Part shown: positions 62,401 through 64,000 of the stretch, in pieces
How positions within the stretch are numbered: the stretch's first letter is position 1
How the letters are laid out: every line of letters begins with the position of its first letter
Origin: Amoebophrya sp. A120
Taxonomy: Eukaryota; Protista; Dinoflagellata
Length of the DNA: 64,000 nucleotides
Assembly: GCA_905178155.1 (NCBI GenBank)
Contig: CAJINV010000006.1
Coordinates: forward strand, 3,968,130-4,032,129
Direction: 5' to 3'
The notes under the pieces: model-generated
What the model was told of the DNA's origin: nothing
The model's database searches: none
What the model saw: the letters and a program-made list of their open reading frames with translations, nothing else
Translations under genes and position numbers: made by a program

Positions 62401-64000
62401 TGGTGCCCGTCGTTGCGCTAGACGCCGTGCTCGACCGGACACTGCTCATCATCTCCTGAGAGCCATCTTCCGTGCCGTCGTAGGATTGCTCGGTCTCTCC
62501 GGAAGTCAGCACCGTCCCCCGGGACATCGAGCTCCTCCGGGAGCTCCGGCTCTTCCGGCCCTTTATGTATGCTGTGCAAAAGTATCGCACTCGTAGTAAT
62601 TGCAATCATGCATCACAAAACTTTTTCTTAAGGTAAATCAGCATGAGAAACTCCTTTTGTCATGCTGCGAAAATTTGTAATGCGATTTCTACTAGTACGA
62701 TGCTTTTGCAATGCATATCATCTCCTCGCCGGCGAATTCCGATTTCCTGCCCTTTTTCCCTTTGCCCTTCATGGTCTCCCGTTTCTTTAAGATCGGCCGC
62801 AAATCCGGATTTTCTTCCCGGAACTTCCGCAGTCGTTCCTCGGATTCCAGCGCCTTTTCCTGCACCGCTTTTCTCATCAGTGAGAGTTGCCGGTACATGC
62901 GCCAGGTTTTTTGAATCGTGATGGCCGCCCCGTTATGCATTGCAAAAGTATCGTACTAGTAGAAATTGCAATACAAATTTCCTTAGCATGAGAAATGGCA
63001 TTTGTCATGCGGATTTGCCTTAGCAAAAAGATTTGTAATGCAAGACTTGCATTCATACGAGTACGATAGTTTTGCACACGATACCCGTTCTGGTCGTTTT
63101 GCCGCATGGTCCTTCGTGCCCGCTTCTATCAAATGCAAAAATGTCTGGGTCTGGAAGGTTGGAGCTTGTGATGCTAACTTTGGACTCTACAAAAATCTGT
63201 ATTGCATGATCAGCAACAGGAGTCTAGTTTGTGCTACGCGGGGAGGGCATTTGTCATGCGGAATAGGCATCAGGAGGCTTTCTAAAAATCTGTGATGCTA
63301 GGTCATGCATTACAGACATCCTGGGTCATGCAAAATATGCATGACAAACCCGGAAACATTCCAGACCCAGACATTTTTGCATTTCATAGCTTCATCTCGT
63401 GAATGATGATCGCGGTGATCAACCCGACCGGCGCGCCTAGGAACCCCGTATGAACGTGCGCAATTCCCCCTCGTTCTCATTTCTCATGCAAAATCCAAAT
63501 CCAGTTGTTCCCTTGGATCAGTATTATGCATGACAAATGCTGGAAGCTGCCCAAACACAGCACTACAATCCGTGCATAAACTTGTCATGCACAGCATGCA
63601 CGTGCGCTGGTGTTTGTATTGCTGTTCATGCTATACAAATGAGGGGGAAGGGGAGGGGGAGGGGGAGCTATGTGCACTCTCATACCCCGTCATGAAAATC
63701 CACATCACAAAGTGGATCAACCTGGCCAGCAAGCAGTACTCGACGAGCGGGTAGTATCCAGAAAAAAAAGCGTGTAAGTGTAACTTTCTTTGAGGAACAG
63801 CATCACAAATTTGCTCTACATGACAGAGAAAACCTGTCATGCGTGGTTTGTAAGGGAAAACACACAGGAAAAGAGGACTTCATGGCTGTCTGGCATGACA
63901 GGCGTAACTCTGTTGCATCTTCTGCAAGACAAATTTACACTTACACAGTTTTTTTCTCGCGATAGGTAGTCCCCGGTGGAGTGAATCATCATGAACTGCA
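56463..64000 (-). CDS. Ion-transport (voltage-gated channel-like) protein with IQ motif; 5' end outside the window
   Basis: IQ motif AAITIQKTWRMYRQL; S2-like FFCIECVLFVFYVIEYSLYL; pore/S6-like FDSIPTSMMYTLFFLLGEWVTPDFETYTGIFLCYFQCFLGLIFFGILVGALSD; ~18 introners; acidic Tyr-rich tail. May be more than one gene. Confidence 0.72.
56596..56809. mobile_element. Introner family H
   Basis: Family TIR; TSD CATTC. Confidence 0.93.
56863..57021. mobile_element. Introner family B
   Basis: Family TIR; TSD TACAC/TACCC. Confidence 0.88.
57208..57537. mobile_element. Introner family F
   Basis: Family TIR; TSD CTTGC. Confidence 0.92.
58116..58394. mobile_element. Introner family D
   Basis: Family TIR; TSD CAGCG. 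Confidence 0.93.
58451..58731. mobile_element. Introner family A
   Basis: Family TIR; TSD CCCCA. Confidence 0.95.
59430..59713. mobile_element. Introner family A (inverted relative to 43241-43519)
   Basis: Family TIR; TSD TGTGA. Confidence 0.94.
59968..60187. mobile_element. Introner family J
   Basis: Family TIR; TSD GGCGT/TGCGT. Confidence 0.92.
60236..60429. mobile_element. Introner family A (short, internally deleted)
   Basis: Family TIR; TSD TCGCC. Confidence 0.93.
60494..60735. mobile_element. Introner family I
   Basis: Family TIR; TSD GCTGT/GTAGT. Confidence 0.88.
60775..61035. mobile_element. Introner family D
   Basis: Family TIR; TSD TAAAA. Confidence 0.94.
61449..61734. mobile_element. 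Introner family A
   Basis: Family TIR; TSD CCGTT/CCATT. Confidence 0.93.
61787..62048. mobile_element. Introner, D-like (diverged)
   Basis: CTGGGTCTGG / CAGACCCCGACA; TSD ATCGT. Confidence 0.87.
62110..62367. mobile_element. Introner family K
   Basis: Family TIR; TSD CCTTC. Confidence 0.93.
62568..62717. mobile_element. Introner family B
   Basis: Family TIR; TSD TTATG/TCATC. Confidence 0.92.
62934..63083. mobile_element. Introner family B
   Basis: Family TIR; TSD CCCGT. Confidence 0.95.
63127..63388. mobile_element. Introner family D
   Basis: Family TIR; TSD GCTTC. Confidence 0.95.
63449..63684. mobile_element. Introner family I
   Basis: Family TIR; TSD CCCCG. Confidence 0.92.
63755..63964. 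mobile_element. Introner family J
   Basis: Family TIR; TSD GGTAG. Confidence 0.93.

Noticed and set aside
498-63840. Recurrent short ORFs with YEYDTFA, KNVPTP, MSGSG, FQTQT, PVQKYRTR or CHA/VM motifs, resembling a protein family
   Set aside because: They are translations of introner TIRs and the TGTCATGC motif in arbitrary frames.
1-64000. Autonomous transposase, tRNA, rRNA or snRNA genes
   Set aside because: None recognised by eye; covariance-model and profile searches would be needed to exclude them.

Overview
Eukaryotic gene-dense window. It is most likely from the parasitic dinoflagellate Amoebophrya; this is inferred from the intron architecture, not from a search. About 13 protein genes lie co-oriented on the minus strand. 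Recognisable ones are SF3B6/p14, a UBL-A20-AN1 zinc-finger protein, RRS1, centrin, DPH5, a CaMKK-like kinase and an ion-channel-like protein with an IQ motif. The genes are split by about 82 non-canonical introns (hand count) that look like miniature inverted-repeat transposons (introners). These fall into at least 12 families, labelled A-M here, with unrelated terminal inverted repeats (TIRs) but one shared grammar: 5-bp target-site duplication (TSD), TAT...ATA termini, no GT-AG, and an internal GCAT(G/C/T)ACA motif on both strands. The same motif occurs in several ordinary GT-AG introns. Removing an element plus one TSD copy restores the conserved reading frames. Other structure includes a ~3 kb repeat/hairpin-rich block bounded by three copies of a ~40-bp direct repeat upstream of RRS1, a ~1.3-1.45 kb tandem duplication whose junction is an introner end, and an unexplained GC-rich island. 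Coordinates were read by hand and may be off by a few bases. Most short ORFs in the supplied track are translations of introner repeats.
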